This document shows positions 40,053-51,280 of a stretch of DNA of 64,000 nt, in pieces. The notes beneath the pieces were generated by a model, which saw only the letters and a program-made list of their open reading frames with translations, searched no databases and had not been told where the DNA came from. The stretch's first letter is position 1, and each line of letters opens with the position of its first letter. The stretch lies in assembly GCA_031581455.1 (NCBI GenBank), contig JAVLBJ010000001.1:2568-66567 (forward strand), read 5' to 3'. Origin of the DNA: Psychroflexus sp. Its GTDB lineage: Bacteria; Bacteroidota; Bacteroidia; Flavobacteriales; Flavobacteriaceae. Position numbers and translations under genes: made by a program.

Positions 40053-40073
40053 CAATTTTAAGATGGATAGCAG

Positions 40074-41873
40074 ATGAAGAATATCAGAAATTTTTGCATT
40101 ATAGCGCATATTGACCACGGTAAAAGTACTTTAGCTGATAGATTATTAGATTCGACTAAATCAGTAACTAAACGAGAGCGCCAAGAACAGCTTTTAGACA
40201 ATATGGATTTAGAGCGTGAGCGTGGTATTACTATAAAAAGCCATGCTATCCAAATGGTGTATCAGCAAAACGGCGAAGAATATATTTTAAATCTGATAGA
40301 TACACCCGGACACGTTGATTTTTCTTATGAGGTCTCTCGTTCTATAGCAGCTTGTGAAGGCGCTTTGCTTGTAGTTGATGCTGCCCAGAGTATTCAGGCA
40401 CAAACCATATCTAACCTTTATTTAGCATTAGAAAATGATCTTGAGATTATTCCTGTATTAAATAAAGTCGATTTGATAAGTGCTAATGTTGAAGAAGTGA
40501 CTGATGATATTGTTGACTTATTAGGCTGCGATAAAGAAGAAGTCATTCATGCCAGTGCAAAAAACGGTATTGGCATAGAAAAAATATTAGAAACCATCAT
40601 TGATAAAGTTCCTATGCCCGAGGGAAATCCTAAAGCGCCACTTCAAGCTTTGGTTTTCGATTCGATTTATAACCCTTATCGAGGTGTAGAAACTTACTTT
40701 AGAATTTTTGATGGGGCCCTTAGCAAAGGAGAAAAAATCAGATTTTTAGCTACTGGCAAGTCTTATTATGCTGATGAAATAGGGACTTTAAAATTAGTGC
40801 AATTCCCTAAAAATAAAGTAGAAACCGGTGATGTAGGTTATTTAATTACCGGTATCAAAGACGCACGAGAGGTAAAAGTTGGCGATACAATCACTCTTGA
40901 AGAAAACCCTACAGATAAGGCCGTTTCCGGCTTTGAAGATGTAAAACCTATGGTCTTTGCAGGAATTTATCCGGTTGATACAGATGATTATGAAAACCTG
41001 CGAACCTCTATGGAAAAGCTACAGCTTAATGACGCTTCACTTGTCTTTACACCTGAAAGTTCAGCTGCATTAGGCTTTGGTTTTAGATGCGGATTTTTAG
41101 GCATGCTGCATCTTGAAATTCTGCAGGAAAGACTGGAACGAGAGTTTGATATGAATGTGATAACAACAGTTCCTAACGTATCTTACGTAGCTTATACGAA
41201 TAAAAATCCGGAAGAACCTATAACGATAAACACCCCTTCAGATTTACCAGATCCATCTGTGATTGAACATGTAGAAGAACCATTTATTAGAGCCAGTATT
41301 ATCACAAAAGCAGATTTTGTAGGTCCGGTAATGTCGCTTTGCATTGATAAAAGAGGTGAAATTACAAATCAATCTTACTTAACTACAGAACGTGTAGAGT
41401 TAACATTTGATATGCCACTTGCAGAGATTGTATTTGATTTTTATGACAGATTAAAAACCGTATCAAAAGGTTATGCCTCTTTTGATTACTCACCTATAGG
41501 AATGCGAACCTCTAAGCTTGTTAAAGTTGATATGCTTCTTAATGGTAAAACCGTAGATGCGCTTACAGCATTACTTCATGTTGATAATGCGTATGATATA
41601 GGAAAAAAAATGTGCTTAAAACTAAAGGAACTTATCCCCAGACAGCAGTTCGATATACCTATTCAGGCTGCAATAGGATCAAAAATTATCGCTCGTGAAA
41701 CCATTAAAGCCCTTAGAAAAGACGTGACCGCTAAATGTTATGGTGGTGATATTTCCAGAAAGCGTAAACTTTTAGAAAAACAAAAAAAGGGTAAAAAGAA
41801 AATGCGCCAGGTAGGTAATGTTGAAATACCACAGGAAGCTTTTATGGCAGTTTTAAAGCTCAATGACGATTGA
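40074..41873 (+). CDS. lepA: Translation elongation factor 4
   Basis: [65 protein letters not shown]. Confidence 0.98.
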   Translation: MKNIRNFCIIAHIDHGKSTLADRLLDSTKSVTKRERQEQLLDNMDLERERGITIKSHAIQMVYQQNGEEYILNLIDTPGHVDFSYEVSRSIAACEGALLVVDAAQSIQAQTISNLYLALENDLEIIPVLNKVDLISANVEEVTDDIVDLLGCDKEEVIHASAKNGIGIEKILETIIDKVPMPEGNPKAPLQALVFDSIYNPYRGVETYFRIFDGALSKGEKIRFLATGKSYYADEIGTLKLVQFPKNKVETGDVGYLITGIKDAREVKVGDTITLEENPTDKAVSGFEDVKPMVFAGIYPVDTDDYENLRTSMEKLQLNDASLVFTPESSAALGFGFRCGFLGMLHLEILQERLEREFDMNVITTVPNVSYVAYTNKNPEEPITINTPSDLPDPSVIEHVEEPFIRASIITKADFVGPVMSLCIDKRGEITNQSYLTTERVELTFDMPLAEIVFDFYDRLKTVSKGYASFDYSPIGMRTSKLVKVDMLLNGKTVDALTALLHVDNAYDIGKKMCLKLKELIPRQQFDIPIQAAIGSKIIARETIKALRKDVTAKCYGGDISRKRKLLEKQKKGKKKMRQVGNVEIPQEAFMAVLKLNDD

Positions 41874-41955
41874 TAAATGATAAAATCTCATTAAAATAAA
41901 GATTTTGTTATGAATCCATTATTAAAATTATCTACTTTTAGCTAAAAAATATTAT

Positions 41956-44547
41956 ATGCATAGATTCATATTAGCATGTTTGTTGTTAAGCATTACTTCT
42001 GCTTTTTCTCAGGAATCATATCAAACTATACAAAATTTCCTAAATGATAACCATCAACGTTATCAACTTAATTTTGAGGATGTTCAAAACTTTGAAATAA
42101 CAAAAGCATTTGATTCAAAAAGTTTAGAAGGCAAACATGTGTATATACAACAGACCTATCAAGGAGAAAAAATTTTTAACGCCATAGGATCTGTTTTCAT
42201 TAAGAACGGTAATGTTGAGGTGTTTAATCATTCTTTTATTGATGGTTTAGCCGATAAAATAACATCATCAAATGTATCAATAGACGCCATAAGTGCTTTT
42301 TATTATGCGGTTGATCAATTAAATTTAAATATAGATCAGCAAGTTAGTATTGCGCAAACGCTTGGTGCTAATGATTATTTGTTGACTAACCAGGGCATAT
42401 CTAATCATAAGATCACAGCGCGGTTGACATATCAGCCTGTTGATAATCGAAAAAAAATTCGTTTAGCCTGGGCTATAAGTTTTTATCCGCTGGGCGGTGA
42501 CAATTGGTGGAGTGTTGCTATTGATGCACAAAACGGTAGCTTGATTAGAAAGCATAATTGGATACAGGAATGTCGTTTTGAGAACAAAGACTCAAGTGAT
42601 ATACAAGTAGTAAAAGATCAATATTTCATGAAATTGCCTCTTAGCAATGCCTCCGCAACGAACGGAGGTTATAGGGTTTATCCTGCACCGGTAGAATCTC
42701 CTAATCACGGGTCCAGAAGTTTAGAGGTCAATCCAGCTGATGCTACAGCATCACCTTTTGGCTGGCATGACACAGACGGAGTTGATGGACCAGAACACAC
42801 GATTACAAGAGGTAACAATGTTTTAGCTAGAGAAGATCGAGATGCTAATGATACGGGTGGTTATTCACCAGATGGTGGTCTTAATTTACAATTTGATTTT
42901 CCATTAGATTTTAATCAGCCACCAGAATTTTACGAAGATGCTGCCATCACTAATCTTTTTTATTGGAATAATATCATACATGATGTGTTTGCTAATTATG
43001 GTTTTAATGAAGCTGCGGGTAATTTCCAGAAGACTAATTATTCTGGTTTAGGTGCAGGTAATGATTTTGTAGTAGCAGATGCACAAGATGGAAGTGGTAT
43101 TAATAATGCTAATTTTGGAACCCCACCAGATGGCTTTAATCCGCAAATGCAAATGTATTTATGGTCTCCTACCGGAAGTCCAAGTGATAATTTTTTTATC
43201 AATTCACCGGCATCATTAGCAGCATCATATTTGGGTGTTCCAGCTTCTTTTGGTCCTTCTATTCCTGTAACGCCCATTACCGCAGATTTAGCTTTAGTGC
43301 AGGATGATAACGCTTCAGCATCAACCAATACTTTAGACGGATGTGATAATATTACGAATGCCAGTGAAATAAATGGGAAAATAGCTGTGATAGAAAGAGG
43401 TGAATGTACCTTTGTTTCTAAAATTGAAAAAGCTCAAAATGCCGGTGCTCTCGCTGTTATAATGATTAATAATGTACCCGGCGATCCGATAACAATGGGT
43501 GGTGATTCTAATGTGATTACCATACCATCAATTATGATATCTCTGACAGAAGGAAGCAGTATTATAAGTGAATTACAAAATGGAACCACTTTAAATGCTA
43601 CATTGGTTAATAACGGCCCCTATCGAATAGATGGCGACTTTGACAATGGTATTATAGCGCATGAATATGGGCATGGAATATCAAATCGTTTAACCGGCGG
43701 AGCTGATCAGTCAGATTGTTTATTTAACGATGAGCAAATGGGCGAGGGCTGGAGTGATTGGTTAGGTCTGATAGTTACCATGAGAGCCGATGATTTACCC
43801 GAAGATCCAAGAGGTTATGGTACTTATGCAATAAGCCAGCCTACTGATGGTAATGGTATTAGACCGGCGCGCTACTCTACAGACATGTCTATTAATCCGG
43901 CTACTTATGGTATTACTAATAATGAGAATACAATTTCTCAACCACATGGTATAGGTTATGTTTGGGCATCTATGCTTTGGGATTTAACCTGGGCTTTAGT
44001 AGATGAATACGGTTTTGATCCTGACTTATATAATGGCACCGGTGGTAATAATATAGCCATTCAGCTAGTCTTAGATGGCATGAAATTACAGTCCTGTAAC
44101 CCCGGATTTATAGATGGTAGAGACGCAATCTTACAAGCTGATCAAATACTTTACAACGGGGCAAACGCCTGTTTAATTTGGGAGGTTTTTGCTAAACGTG
44201 GCCTTGGCTTTAGTGCAAATCAGGGGTCATCATTTGACAGAAGTGATCAGGTGGAAGCTTTTGACTTACCTGTAGAATGCAACCTTGGCGTAAATGATAT
44301 TAAATCCTCGCACTTTGAAATTCATCCTAATCCTGCTGATCAAATTGTTAATATTCAATTTTCAGGTTCTACTGTTTCAGAAGCAAAGATATCTATCTAC
44401 AGCTTAGATGGTAGATTAATGTTACAAAATAAACTAGATAAAATAGATGAGGCAAAGATTCAAATAGGTAGCTTAGCTAAGGGCATTTACATTTTAAAAA
44501 TGAATGTTCAAAATCGATCGTTTACAAAAAAACTGATCGTGCAATAA
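41956..44547 (+). CDS. M36 (fungalysin) metallopeptidase with PA domain and T9SS type-A CTD
   Basis: FTP-like propeptide, TRGNNV-A, TNLFYWNN, HEYGHGIS-RL, MGEGWSD, PA insert (IAVIERG-C-F-K), CTD (IHPNP...YSLDG...GIYIL...KKLIV). Confidence 0.92.
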   Translation: MHRFILACLLLSITSAFSQESYQTIQNFLNDNHQRYQLNFEDVQNFEITKAFDSKSLEGKHVYIQQTYQGEKIFNAIGSVFIKNGNVEVFNHSFIDGLADKITSSNVSIDAISAFYYAVDQLNLNIDQQVSIAQTLGANDYLLTNQGISNHKITARLTYQPVDNRKKIRLAWAISFYPLGGDNWWSVAIDAQNGSLIRKHNWIQECRFENKDSSDIQVVKDQYFMKLPLSNASATNGGYRVYPAPVESPNHGSRSLEVNPADATASPFGWHDTDGVDGPEHTITRGNNVLAREDRDANDTGGYSPDGGLNLQFDFPLDFNQPPEFYEDAAITNLFYWNNIIHDVFANYGFNEAAGNFQKTNYSGLGAGNDFVVADAQDGSGINNANFGTPPDGFNPQMQMYLWSPTGSPSDNFFINSPASLAASYLGVPASFGPSIPVTPITADLALVQDDNASASTNTLDGCDNITNASEINGKIAVIERGECTFVSKIEKAQNAGALAVIMINNVPGDPITMGGDSNVITIPSIMISLTEGSSIISELQNGTTLNATLVNNGPYRIDGDFDNGIIAHEYGHGISNRLTGGADQSDCLFNDEQMGEGWSDWLGLIVTMRADDLPEDPRGYGTYAISQPTDGNGIRPARYSTDMSINPATYGITNNENTISQPHGIGYVWASMLWDLTWALVDEYGFDPDLYNGTGGNNIAIQLVLDGMKLQSCNPGFIDGRDAILQADQILYNGANACLIWEVFAKRGLGFSANQGSSFDRSDQVEAFDLPVECNLGVNDIKSSHFEIHPNPADQIVNIQFSGSTVSEAKISIYSLDGRLMLQNKLDKIDEAKIQIGSLAKGIYILKMNVQNRSFTKKLIVQ

Positions 44548-45515
44548 TGCTAAGAGTAATAAATTTGAGTTTCTCCTATGGAGATATTAAAGTATTAAAC
44601 CAGATTAGTTTTAATGTTTCTAAGGGTGATATTGTGAGTATTACCGGGAAAAGTGGTGTAGGAAAAACCACGCTTCTATCTCTAATATTTGGTTACTTAG
44701 AGCCTGATAATGGTGAATGCTACTGGCAAAACCAGAAAATAAAACCGCCTTCAGAGGTACTGGTACCCGGCAAAAAGGGCATTAATTTCCTTTCACAAGA
44801 GTTAGATTTGATGCCTTACACCACTGTGTTCTCTAATATATCAAAAAAATTATCAAGGGCTTTTCCTGAAGAAAACCAAAAACGCTGTGATGAATTATTA
44901 GCAGTAGTAAATCTTTTAGATTTTAAAGATGTATTAGTAAAGAACTTAAGCGGCGGTCAAAAGAGAAGAGTTGCTATTGCTCAGGTTTTAGCAGATAAGC
45001 CGGAACTTTTATTACTTGATGAACCATTTAATTTCATAGACTATCAAATAAAAGACCCCCTACGGCGTAGTTTTTTTCAATATCTGAAATCAAATGAAAT
45101 CACATGTGTATTTGTAAGTCACGAAAGTCAGGAATTTCTTGCTTTTACAGATCAAATTATCGTTTTAAACGATAAAAAAATCATGAAAAATACGTCACCA
45201 CAGCAACTATATGAACAGCCGGAACGCAAAATAATCGCTAAATTGTTAGATGATGTAAATATCATTCAATTAGAAGACAAATCAAATGCTGTAGCCGTTT
45301 ATCCGCATGAGCTCCAAGTAAGTAATCAAACTTCAAATAAAACATTTGATGTTAAGCTAACCAATATATATTACCAGGGATATAACTTTTTAAACAGAGG
45401 GGTAGATAAACACCAGAAAAGCTATATGTTTCTTTCTAATCAGCGCTTAGATATCAACAGAACCTATCATTTAAAAGTTAGTAACCGCATGGCTTTAAAG
45501 CGCTTTGTTATCTAG
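44547..45515 (+). CDS. ABC transporter ATP-binding protein (no permease gene adjacent)
   Basis: GKSGVGKT, LSGGQ, LLLLDEPF, VSHE. Confidence 0.9.
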   Translation: MLRVINLSFSYGDIKVLNQISFNVSKGDIVSITGKSGVGKTTLLSLIFGYLEPDNGECYWQNQKIKPPSEVLVPGKKGINFLSQELDLMPYTTVFSNISKKLSRAFPEENQKRCDELLAVVNLLDFKDVLVKNLSGGQKRRVAIAQVLADKPELLLLDEPFNFIDYQIKDPLRRSFFQYLKSNEITCVFVSHESQEFLAFTDQIIVLNDKKIMKNTSPQQLYEQPERKIIAKLLDDVNIIQLEDKSNAVAVYPHELQVSNQTSNKTFDVKLTNIYYQGYNFLNRGVDKHQKSYMFLSNQRLDINRTYHLKVSNRMALKRFVI

Positions 45516-46876
45516 CTTAAATTATCCGGATTATAGCCTAAATACTCTTTTTCTCTTTCGGTAAAATCAATATTAAACTTTTTAAGTTCTTTTAGTACGG
45601 GCTTATATATCTCTTTGACTGTTGGTCTCAGTACGCCTTTACGCTTTATTTCACCTTTAAGTATTTTAACTGTAGCAATGCCTAGCGGGAGGCCTACGGT
45701 TTTGGCCATAGCGGTGTACTTTTGATCATCACCTATACTTACCATAGTGGAATCTATTTGTTTTTTCTCCCCGCTGATTTCAAACCCAAATTTATGATAC
45801 ATAACAATCATGTCTTTATCATGACTATTTAACGTCCATTTATCCTCTAAGATTTTTTGCAAGGCCTGAGCAGGTGTTGGATTTTTAAGGTTTATTTTCT
45901 TTTCACGGCTAAATAAATCAAGTTCTAATAACTTATCCCAGATAAGGTCATCCTGGTCTATTTTTAAGGAATGCCTTAATTTAAGTTCAACAGAATCATG
46001 TGGAGCATAAGGAAGGAAAAGATTTACAAACGCTCTATAGCTCATATCTTCAGCACCTTGAATCTTATAGCTGTCATCAGTCATCCCTAACTGAACAAAT
46101 ACATTCCAAGCTTTACTAAAACCTACGCGTCTTAAAGTTCCTCTGTAAATAGTAGGAATACCCTCTAAACCATAAATACTTCTATAAGCCAGAGAGTTTC
46201 TGTTAGCTAAGCCTTCAAATCTTCCGTAATCAGGAACTTTAAGAAACTCAGTCCTTCTAAATAATCTCTGATAAGGTATGTATTTATATTTGCCTTCCTG
46301 TATAAATTCAGCCGCTCCGCCCTGACCGGCTAAAACCACATTTCTGGGGTTCCAGGTAAATTTATAATGCCATAAATTATCATCGCTTTCAGGAGCGACT
46401 AAACCACCGGTAAACGACTCAAACATGAGCATTTTGCCTCCTTTATTTTTAATATCATCTATTACTTCCATAGCGCTCATGTGATCAATTCCTGGATCTA
46501 CGCCTATTTCGTTTAGGAAAGTTAAATCAGCTGCCTTAACTTCATCATCAAGAGCTTCCATTGCATTTGATACGTAGGATGCTGTTACCATATTTTTTTT
46601 GAGCTCAAGACAAACTCTAGCTACTTCTATATGAAACCGGGCTGGCACCATAGATATAACAATAGAGGCTTCTTTTAATAATTTTTGTAAGGCTGATTTA
46701 TCAAAGATATCAACCGATACAGCCTTGCAATTGTCATAATCTTTAATCAACTTTTCTGCCTGATTTAATGATTTATCTGCTATTGTGATTTTGAGAGAGA
46801 CCTCTGATTGTTTATCTAAATATTTAACCAGCCATGGACATGATTTTCCTGCACCAATAATTATTACGTTTTTCAT
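45512..46876 (-). CDS. Saccharopine dehydrogenase family protein
   Basis: IGAGK Rossmann start, TASY, NEIG-DPGIDH, SFTGGL, YK-TWNPR, RGTLR, MAKTVGLP. Confidence 0.92.
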   Translation of the reverse strand: MKNVIIIGAGKSCPWLVKYLDKQSEVSLKITIADKSLNQAEKLIKDYDNCKAVSVDIFDKSALQKLLKEASIVISMVPARFHIEVARVCLELKKNMVTASYVSNAMEALDDEVKAADLTFLNEIGVDPGIDHMSAMEVIDDIKNKGGKMLMFESFTGGLVAPESDDNLWHYKFTWNPRNVVLAGQGGAAEFIQEGKYKYIPYQRLFRRTEFLKVPDYGRFEGLANRNSLAYRSIYGLEGIPTIYRGTLRRVGFSKAWNVFVQLGMTDDSYKIQGAEDMSYRAFVNLFLPYAPHDSVELKLRHSLKIDQDDLIWDKLLELDLFSREKKINLKNPTPAQALQKILEDKWTLNSHDKDMIVMYHKFGFEISGEKKQIDSTMVSIGDDQKYTAMAKTVGLPLGIATVKILKGEIKRKGVLRPTVKEIYKPVLKELKKFNIDFTEREKEYLGYNPDNLS

Positions 46877-46957
46877 AAAAAATGAAGCTTTTATTTTTAA
46901 TTTATTTAATTTTGTGAGGAGCGAATGTAAGTAAATTGAATATTAGATAAAAAACAA

Positions 46958-47353
46958 ATGAATAGAATTGTTGTTCTTGTCGCTTCTGTATTTGGTTTTA
47001 CGGGGGTTGTTTTAGGGGCTTTTGGCGCACATGCCTTAGAAAATTTACTTACAACTGACCAACTGAGCACTTACGATACCGGAATTCGTTACCATATCAC
47101 TCATGCAGTAGTTTTGTTATTTCTGGGAGTTGAGAATAGATTGAAACCTCAACGTAAGAAAATTATCTTTTGGCTTATCACATTAGGAATTACGCTTTTT
47201 TCAGGCTCAATTTATGGGCTATCTTGTAATGATCTTACTGGTTTTGACTTTACAAAAATAGCACTAATAACCCCATTAGGTGGTGGTTTGCTCATATTTT
47301 CATGGTTGCTGATTTTTATCAGTTATTGGCCTAAAAACAACGAATTAAATTAA
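46958..47353 (+). CDS. DUF423 family membrane protein
   Basis: GV-LGAFGAH-L, TG-RYH--HA, GI-LFSGSIY, TPLGG. Confidence 0.9.
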   Translation: MNRIVVLVASVFGFTGVVLGAFGAHALENLLTTDQLSTYDTGIRYHITHAVVLLFLGVENRLKPQRKKIIFWLITLGITLFSGSIYGLSCNDLTGFDFTKIALITPLGGGLLIFSWLLIFISYWPKNNELN

Positions 47354-47405
47354 TCTACATAATTTTAATCTAATAAATACTCCTATTTTTACAAAAATTT
47401 AAATC

Positions 47406-49007
47406 ATGGCTGACAATCATATTTCAAAGATCGATCAAGACTTAAAAAATCACGGTATAAATAATGCTCAAATTCATTACAATTTAAGTCCAGAAAAGCT
47501 ACAATCCATAACGGTTGAGAAAGGTTTAGGCAAAGAAACAGCTAGTGGTGTTTTAGCGATTAATACTGGTAAATTTACCGGAAGATCTCCTAAAGATAGA
47601 TATCTTGTAAAAGATGATATTACTAAAGACGAAGTTTGGTGGGGTGAAATTAACAAACCCATAGAACCTGAAACGTTTGATATGCTTTATAAAAAAATCA
47701 ATGATTATCTATCAGACAAAGAAATATACGTAAGGGATGTCTATGCTTGCGCAGATAAAAACTACAGAGTAAATATTAGACACATAAATGAATTGCCCTG
47801 GAGTAATATGTTTTGTCATAACATGTTTTTAAGCTTAACTGAAAACGAACTAACTGATTTTCAGCCAGAATGGACAGTCATCAATGCGCCAGGTTTTAAA
47901 GCAAACCCTGATATAGATAGAGTATTATCGCCTAATTTTGCCATTTTAAACTTTACTAAGAAAATTGCCATTGTAGGTGGTACTGGTTACACAGGAGAAA
48001 TTAAAAAAGGCATATTCTCAGCCTTAAATTTTGAATTACCTGTCTTTAAAGATACACTTCCTATGCACTGCTCTGCAAATGTAGGTAAAGAGGGTGACAC
48101 AGCTATATTTTTTGGTTTGTCAGGAACAGGCAAGACTACATTATCTGCAGACCCTGAACGTGCTCTCATTGGTGATGATGAACATGGATGGACTAATGAG
48201 AATACTATTTTTAATTTTGAAGGAGGATGCTATGCTAAGGCAATAGATTTAACAGAAGAAAAAGAGCCAGATATTTACAGAGCTATCAAAAAAGGAGCTA
48301 TCCTAGAAAATGTTGTATTAGATGATAATGAGAATGTAGATTTTGAGGATGCTAGTATTACGCAAAACACAAGGGTAAGTTATCCGCTTTCATTTATAGA
48401 TAATGTTCAACCAACCTCTGTAGGCCACAACCCTAAAAATATTTTCTTTCTCACCGCTGATGCATTTGGTGTATTACCCCCTATAAGTAAGTTAACTCCT
48501 GGCCAGGCCGCTTTTCATTTTATAAGTGGATACACAGCAAAAGTTGCTGGAACAGAAGCGGGAATTGATGAACCATTGCCAAGTTTTTCAGCTTGCTTTG
48601 GTGCACCGTTTATGCCTTTGCATCCTACAACTTATGCAAAAATGCTAAGTGAAAAAATGAAAGAAGCTAATGTAAATGTTTGGTTGATTAATACAGGCTG
48701 GTCTGGAGGCCCTTATGGCGAAGGATCTAGAATAAAGCTTAAGTATACAAGGGCTATGATTACAGCTGCCCTGGAAGAAACCATTGATAATCATGACTTT
48801 GATCAGGAAAAGTATTTTGGGTTGTACATCCCGAAAACTTGCCCAAATGTTCCAAATGAAATCCTTAACCCTAAGCAAACATGGGCTAATCCTGATGATT
48901 ATGTACAAAAAGCTAATAAATTAGCTCATTCGTTTCATGAAAACTTTGAAAAATTTCAAGATTATGCCAACAACGAAATTATGGAGGGTGCGCCTAAGGT
49001 AAAATAA
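47406..49007 (+). CDS. pckA: Phosphoenolpyruvate carboxykinase (ATP)
   Basis: TGRSPKD, Y-GEIKK, MHCSAN, FFGLSGTGKTTLS, LIGDDEHGW, NFEGGCYAK, F-ACFGAPF. Confidence 0.98.
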   Translation: MADNHISKIDQDLKNHGINNAQIHYNLSPEKLQSITVEKGLGKETASGVLAINTGKFTGRSPKDRYLVKDDITKDEVWWGEINKPIEPETFDMLYKKINDYLSDKEIYVRDVYACADKNYRVNIRHINELPWSNMFCHNMFLSLTENELTDFQPEWTVINAPGFKANPDIDRVLSPNFAILNFTKKIAIVGGTGYTGEIKKGIFSALNFELPVFKDTLPMHCSANVGKEGDTAIFFGLSGTGKTTLSADPERALIGDDEHGWTNENTIFNFEGGCYAKAIDLTEEKEPDIYRAIKKGAILENVVLDDNENVDFEDASITQNTRVSYPLSFIDNVQPTSVGHNPKNIFFLTADAFGVLPPISKLTPGQAAFHFISGYTAKVAGTEAGIDEPLPSFSACFGAPFMPLHPTTYAKMLSEKMKEANVNVWLINTGWSGGPYGEGSRIKLKYTRAMITAALEETIDNHDFDQEKYFGLYIPKTCPNVPNEILNPKQTWANPDDYVQKANKLAHSFHENFEKFQDYANNEIMEGAPKVK

Positions 49008-49035
49008 TCCTAAAGTTGATTAAATTAAGAATTAT

Positions 49036-49065
49036 ATAGCTGGTAAATTTTATCAGCTATTTTTT
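49036..49065 (+). terminator. Terminator-like hairpin between convergent pckA and hemD
   Basis: ATAGCTGGTAA-ATT-TTATCAGCTAT followed by a T run. Confidence 0.65.
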
Positions 49066-49803
49066 ATTGCTATCAACAATGTAATTTTCTAAAGCCATAG
49101 TCATAGACGGAGCATTGGGGGTAGGAGCTTTTATATTTACTTTAATTCCTTTTTCTTCTGCAGCTTTAATTGTAGTATTACCAAAACAGGCAATTTTAGT
49201 CTCTTCTTGTTCAAAATCAGGAAAATTTTCAAACAAAGACTTTATTCCACTTGGACTAAAGAAAACGACAATATCATATTTTACATCTCTTAAATGGGAT
49301 AAATCACTCACTACCGTTCTGTAAAAAATACCTCTTTTCCATTTTACTTTTATGTCATCTAATTGTTGAGGAATGGTAGGTTTTAACATATCAGATGATG
49401 GTAGGAGAAAATGTTCATCCTTGTGTCGTTTGATAGTCTTAATTAAGTCTTGAAAAGTTCTCTTACCAACATAAATTTTACGTTTTCTGTAGACAACATA
49501 TTTTTGAAGATAGTAAGCTACAGCTTCGCTCTGGCAAAAGTATTTTAGTGAAGGAGTAATTTCAAATCGCATGTCATCAGCTAATCTAAAAAAATGATCA
49601 ACGGCATTTCTGCTTGTTAAGATAACAGCAGAAAATTTATTTAAATCAATTTTTTGCTGCCTAACTTCTTTAGCATCGACCCCTTCTACATGAATAAATG
49701 GTTGAAAATCTACTTTGAGGTTAAATTTATGCTCCAAATCTGCATATGGGGAATTCTCAGCTTTTGGTTCAGGTTGTGAAATAAGAATACTTTTCACTTT
49801 CAT
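49057..49803 (-). CDS. hemD: Uroporphyrinogen-III synthase
   Basis: KVKSIL-SQP-P, ILTSRNAVDHFF, FFSPSGIKSL, CFG-TT, PSM-MAL. Confidence 0.9.
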   Translation of the reverse strand: MKVKSILISQPEPKAENSPYADLEHKFNLKVDFQPFIHVEGVDAKEVRQQKIDLNKFSAVILTSRNAVDHFFRLADDMRFEITPSLKYFCQSEAVAYYLQKYVVYRKRKIYVGKRTFQDLIKTIKRHKDEHFLLPSSDMLKPTIPQQLDDIKVKWKRGIFYRTVVSDLSHLRDVKYDIVVFFSPSGIKSLFENFPDFEQEETKIACFGNTTIKAAEEKGIKVNIKAPTPNAPSMTMALENYIVDSNKK

Positions 49804-49824
49804 AAGGTGATTTTTTCAAAAAAA

Positions 49825-50481
49825 TTAATCATATACTAAAAAGTAAATGATAAGATACATGCCAAATTCAAAGGTGCAAAGATATAAAATAAAGTAATGC
49901 AAATGATTTAAAATAACTTTTGTGTATTTAAACATAAACCCAAGTATACCAAAAAGGTAAAGTATACCTAAAATAAATACAATTAAAGTTTTGTTTAAAT
50001 AAATGTTTAAATCATTAAATTCATTTACGAGCATTAATGGTCCAAGTAAAATTAGACAATAGTTTGTTAAATTAAATTTGTATATAATGTAGCTTTTCAC
50101 ATACTTATGAATATCAATAATATAACAAGTTGCGTACTCTATTAGTGGCTTTATAATTAGAAACAGAAGACAAGCAGATAACCAAATATATAAATCTTTA
50201 TAGGGTAAACCTGTAGTTTGATATAGGGTGTAAACTCTTTCTCTAATAGCCCCAAGATCAAAATAAAGTGAAGCTACAGCTAAACTCAAAATTGCTGATA
50301 AAAAGAAAAGTAAATATGTTATTTTTCTGTTAGATACATTTTGTTTGTAAACCTTAATGTACAATCTTGCTACCGGAAGTAGCAATAATGATAACAATAA
50401 CCTGTTATTAATCTGTTTGATAACAACAAATACGAGTAACATTAAAAGATTTGTAAAAAGTATAAGCAATGCTAAATCCAT
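49825..50481 (-). CDS. DUF4271 family membrane protein
   Basis: Hydrophobic; C-terminal YFILYLCTFE motif; conserved position next to hemD. Confidence 0.8.
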   Translation of the reverse strand: MDLALLILFTNLLMLLVFVVIKQINNRLLLSLLLLPVARLYIKVYKQNVSNRKITYLLFFLSAILSLAVASLYFDLGAIRERVYTLYQTTGLPYKDLYIWLSACLLFLIIKPLIEYATCYIIDIHKYVKSYIIYKFNLTNYCLILLGPLMLVNEFNDLNIYLNKTLIVFILGILYLFGILGFMFKYTKVILNHLHYFILYLCTFEFGMYLIIYFLVYD

Positions 50482-50557
50482 ACAGGATATTTATGTTTGA
50501 TGTTTAATTTTACATGCTTTTTCAATTAGGAAAAGATTAAATTTGAAAAATTTTTGA

Positions 50558-51280
50558 ATGCTGTCAAAATTAGTAATTATTCCTACATTAAATGAGGTTG
50601 ATAATATAGAAAAACTCATTAAAGAATTATTTTCACTAAATTTAGATTTCTCTGTGTTAGTGGTAGATGACGAATCAACTGATGGCACACAAAAAGCTGT
50701 AGAGCGGTTAACTGCTGATTTTTCTGACTTATTTCTGCTTAAAAGAAAGGGAAAGAAAGGATTAGGCAAAGCTTATGTTGACGGTTTTAAATGGGCTTTA
50801 AAAAAGAATTTTGACTATATATTTCAAATGGATGCTGACTTCTCTCATAATCCTCAAGATCTTGAAAAACTATTTTTAGCCTGTCATAAATTTAACTATG
50901 ATGTAGCAATAGGTTCCAGATATGTAAAAGGGGTAAATGTAGTTAACTGGCCTATGAAGCGTGTATTGCTTTCATGGTTTGCCTCTAAATACGTAAAACT
51001 TGTAACAGGTATGCCAATAGATGACGCTACCGCTGGTTTTATTTGTTACAAAAGAGCTGTCCTTGAAGATTTAAACATTGATAAGATTAAATTTGTAGGC
51101 TATGCTTTTCAAATTGAAATGAAGTATAAAATTTACCTCCATAATTTTAAAATAAAGGAAGTCCCTGTTATTTTTACCGATAGGGAAAAAGGGAAATCTA
51201 AAATGAGCGCTAAAATCATTAATGAAGGTATTTTAGGTGTTTTAAAACTAAGATTAAACAAGTTAAAATTTAAAAAATGA
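50558..51280 (+). CDS. Polyprenol monophosphomannose synthase-like GT2
   Basis: IIPTLNE, VVDD-STDGT, GLGKAY-GF, QMDADFSH, GSRY--G, DATAGF, FTDR--GKSKMS. Confidence 0.9.
   Translation: MLSKLVIIPTLNEVDNIEKLIKELFSLNLDFSVLVVDDESTDGTQKAVERLTADFSDLFLLKRKGKKGLGKAYVDGFKWALKKNFDYIFQMDADFSHNPQDLEKLFLACHKFNYDVAIGSRYVKGVNVVNWPMKRVLLSWFASKYVKLVTGMPIDDATAGFICYKRAVLEDLNIDKIKFVGYAFQIEMKYKIYLHNFKIKEVPVIFTDREKGKSKMSAKIINEGILGVLKLRLNKLKFKK

Noticed and set aside
43038-43328. 96-aa antisense ORF inside the M36 gene, and the other short nested ORFs in the track (e.g. 871-1104, 4704-4967, 6530-6766, 60189-60455)
   Set aside because: Shadow frames fully inside well-supported genes, with no motifs
47406-49007. Functional cluster of pckA with SulP/carbonic anhydrase
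   Set aside because: 39 kb apart with unrelated genes between; no positional evidence
50491-50769. 92-aa minus-strand ORF upstream of DUF4271
   Set aside because: Overlaps the GT2 gene antisense and its promoter boxes; no recognisable domain
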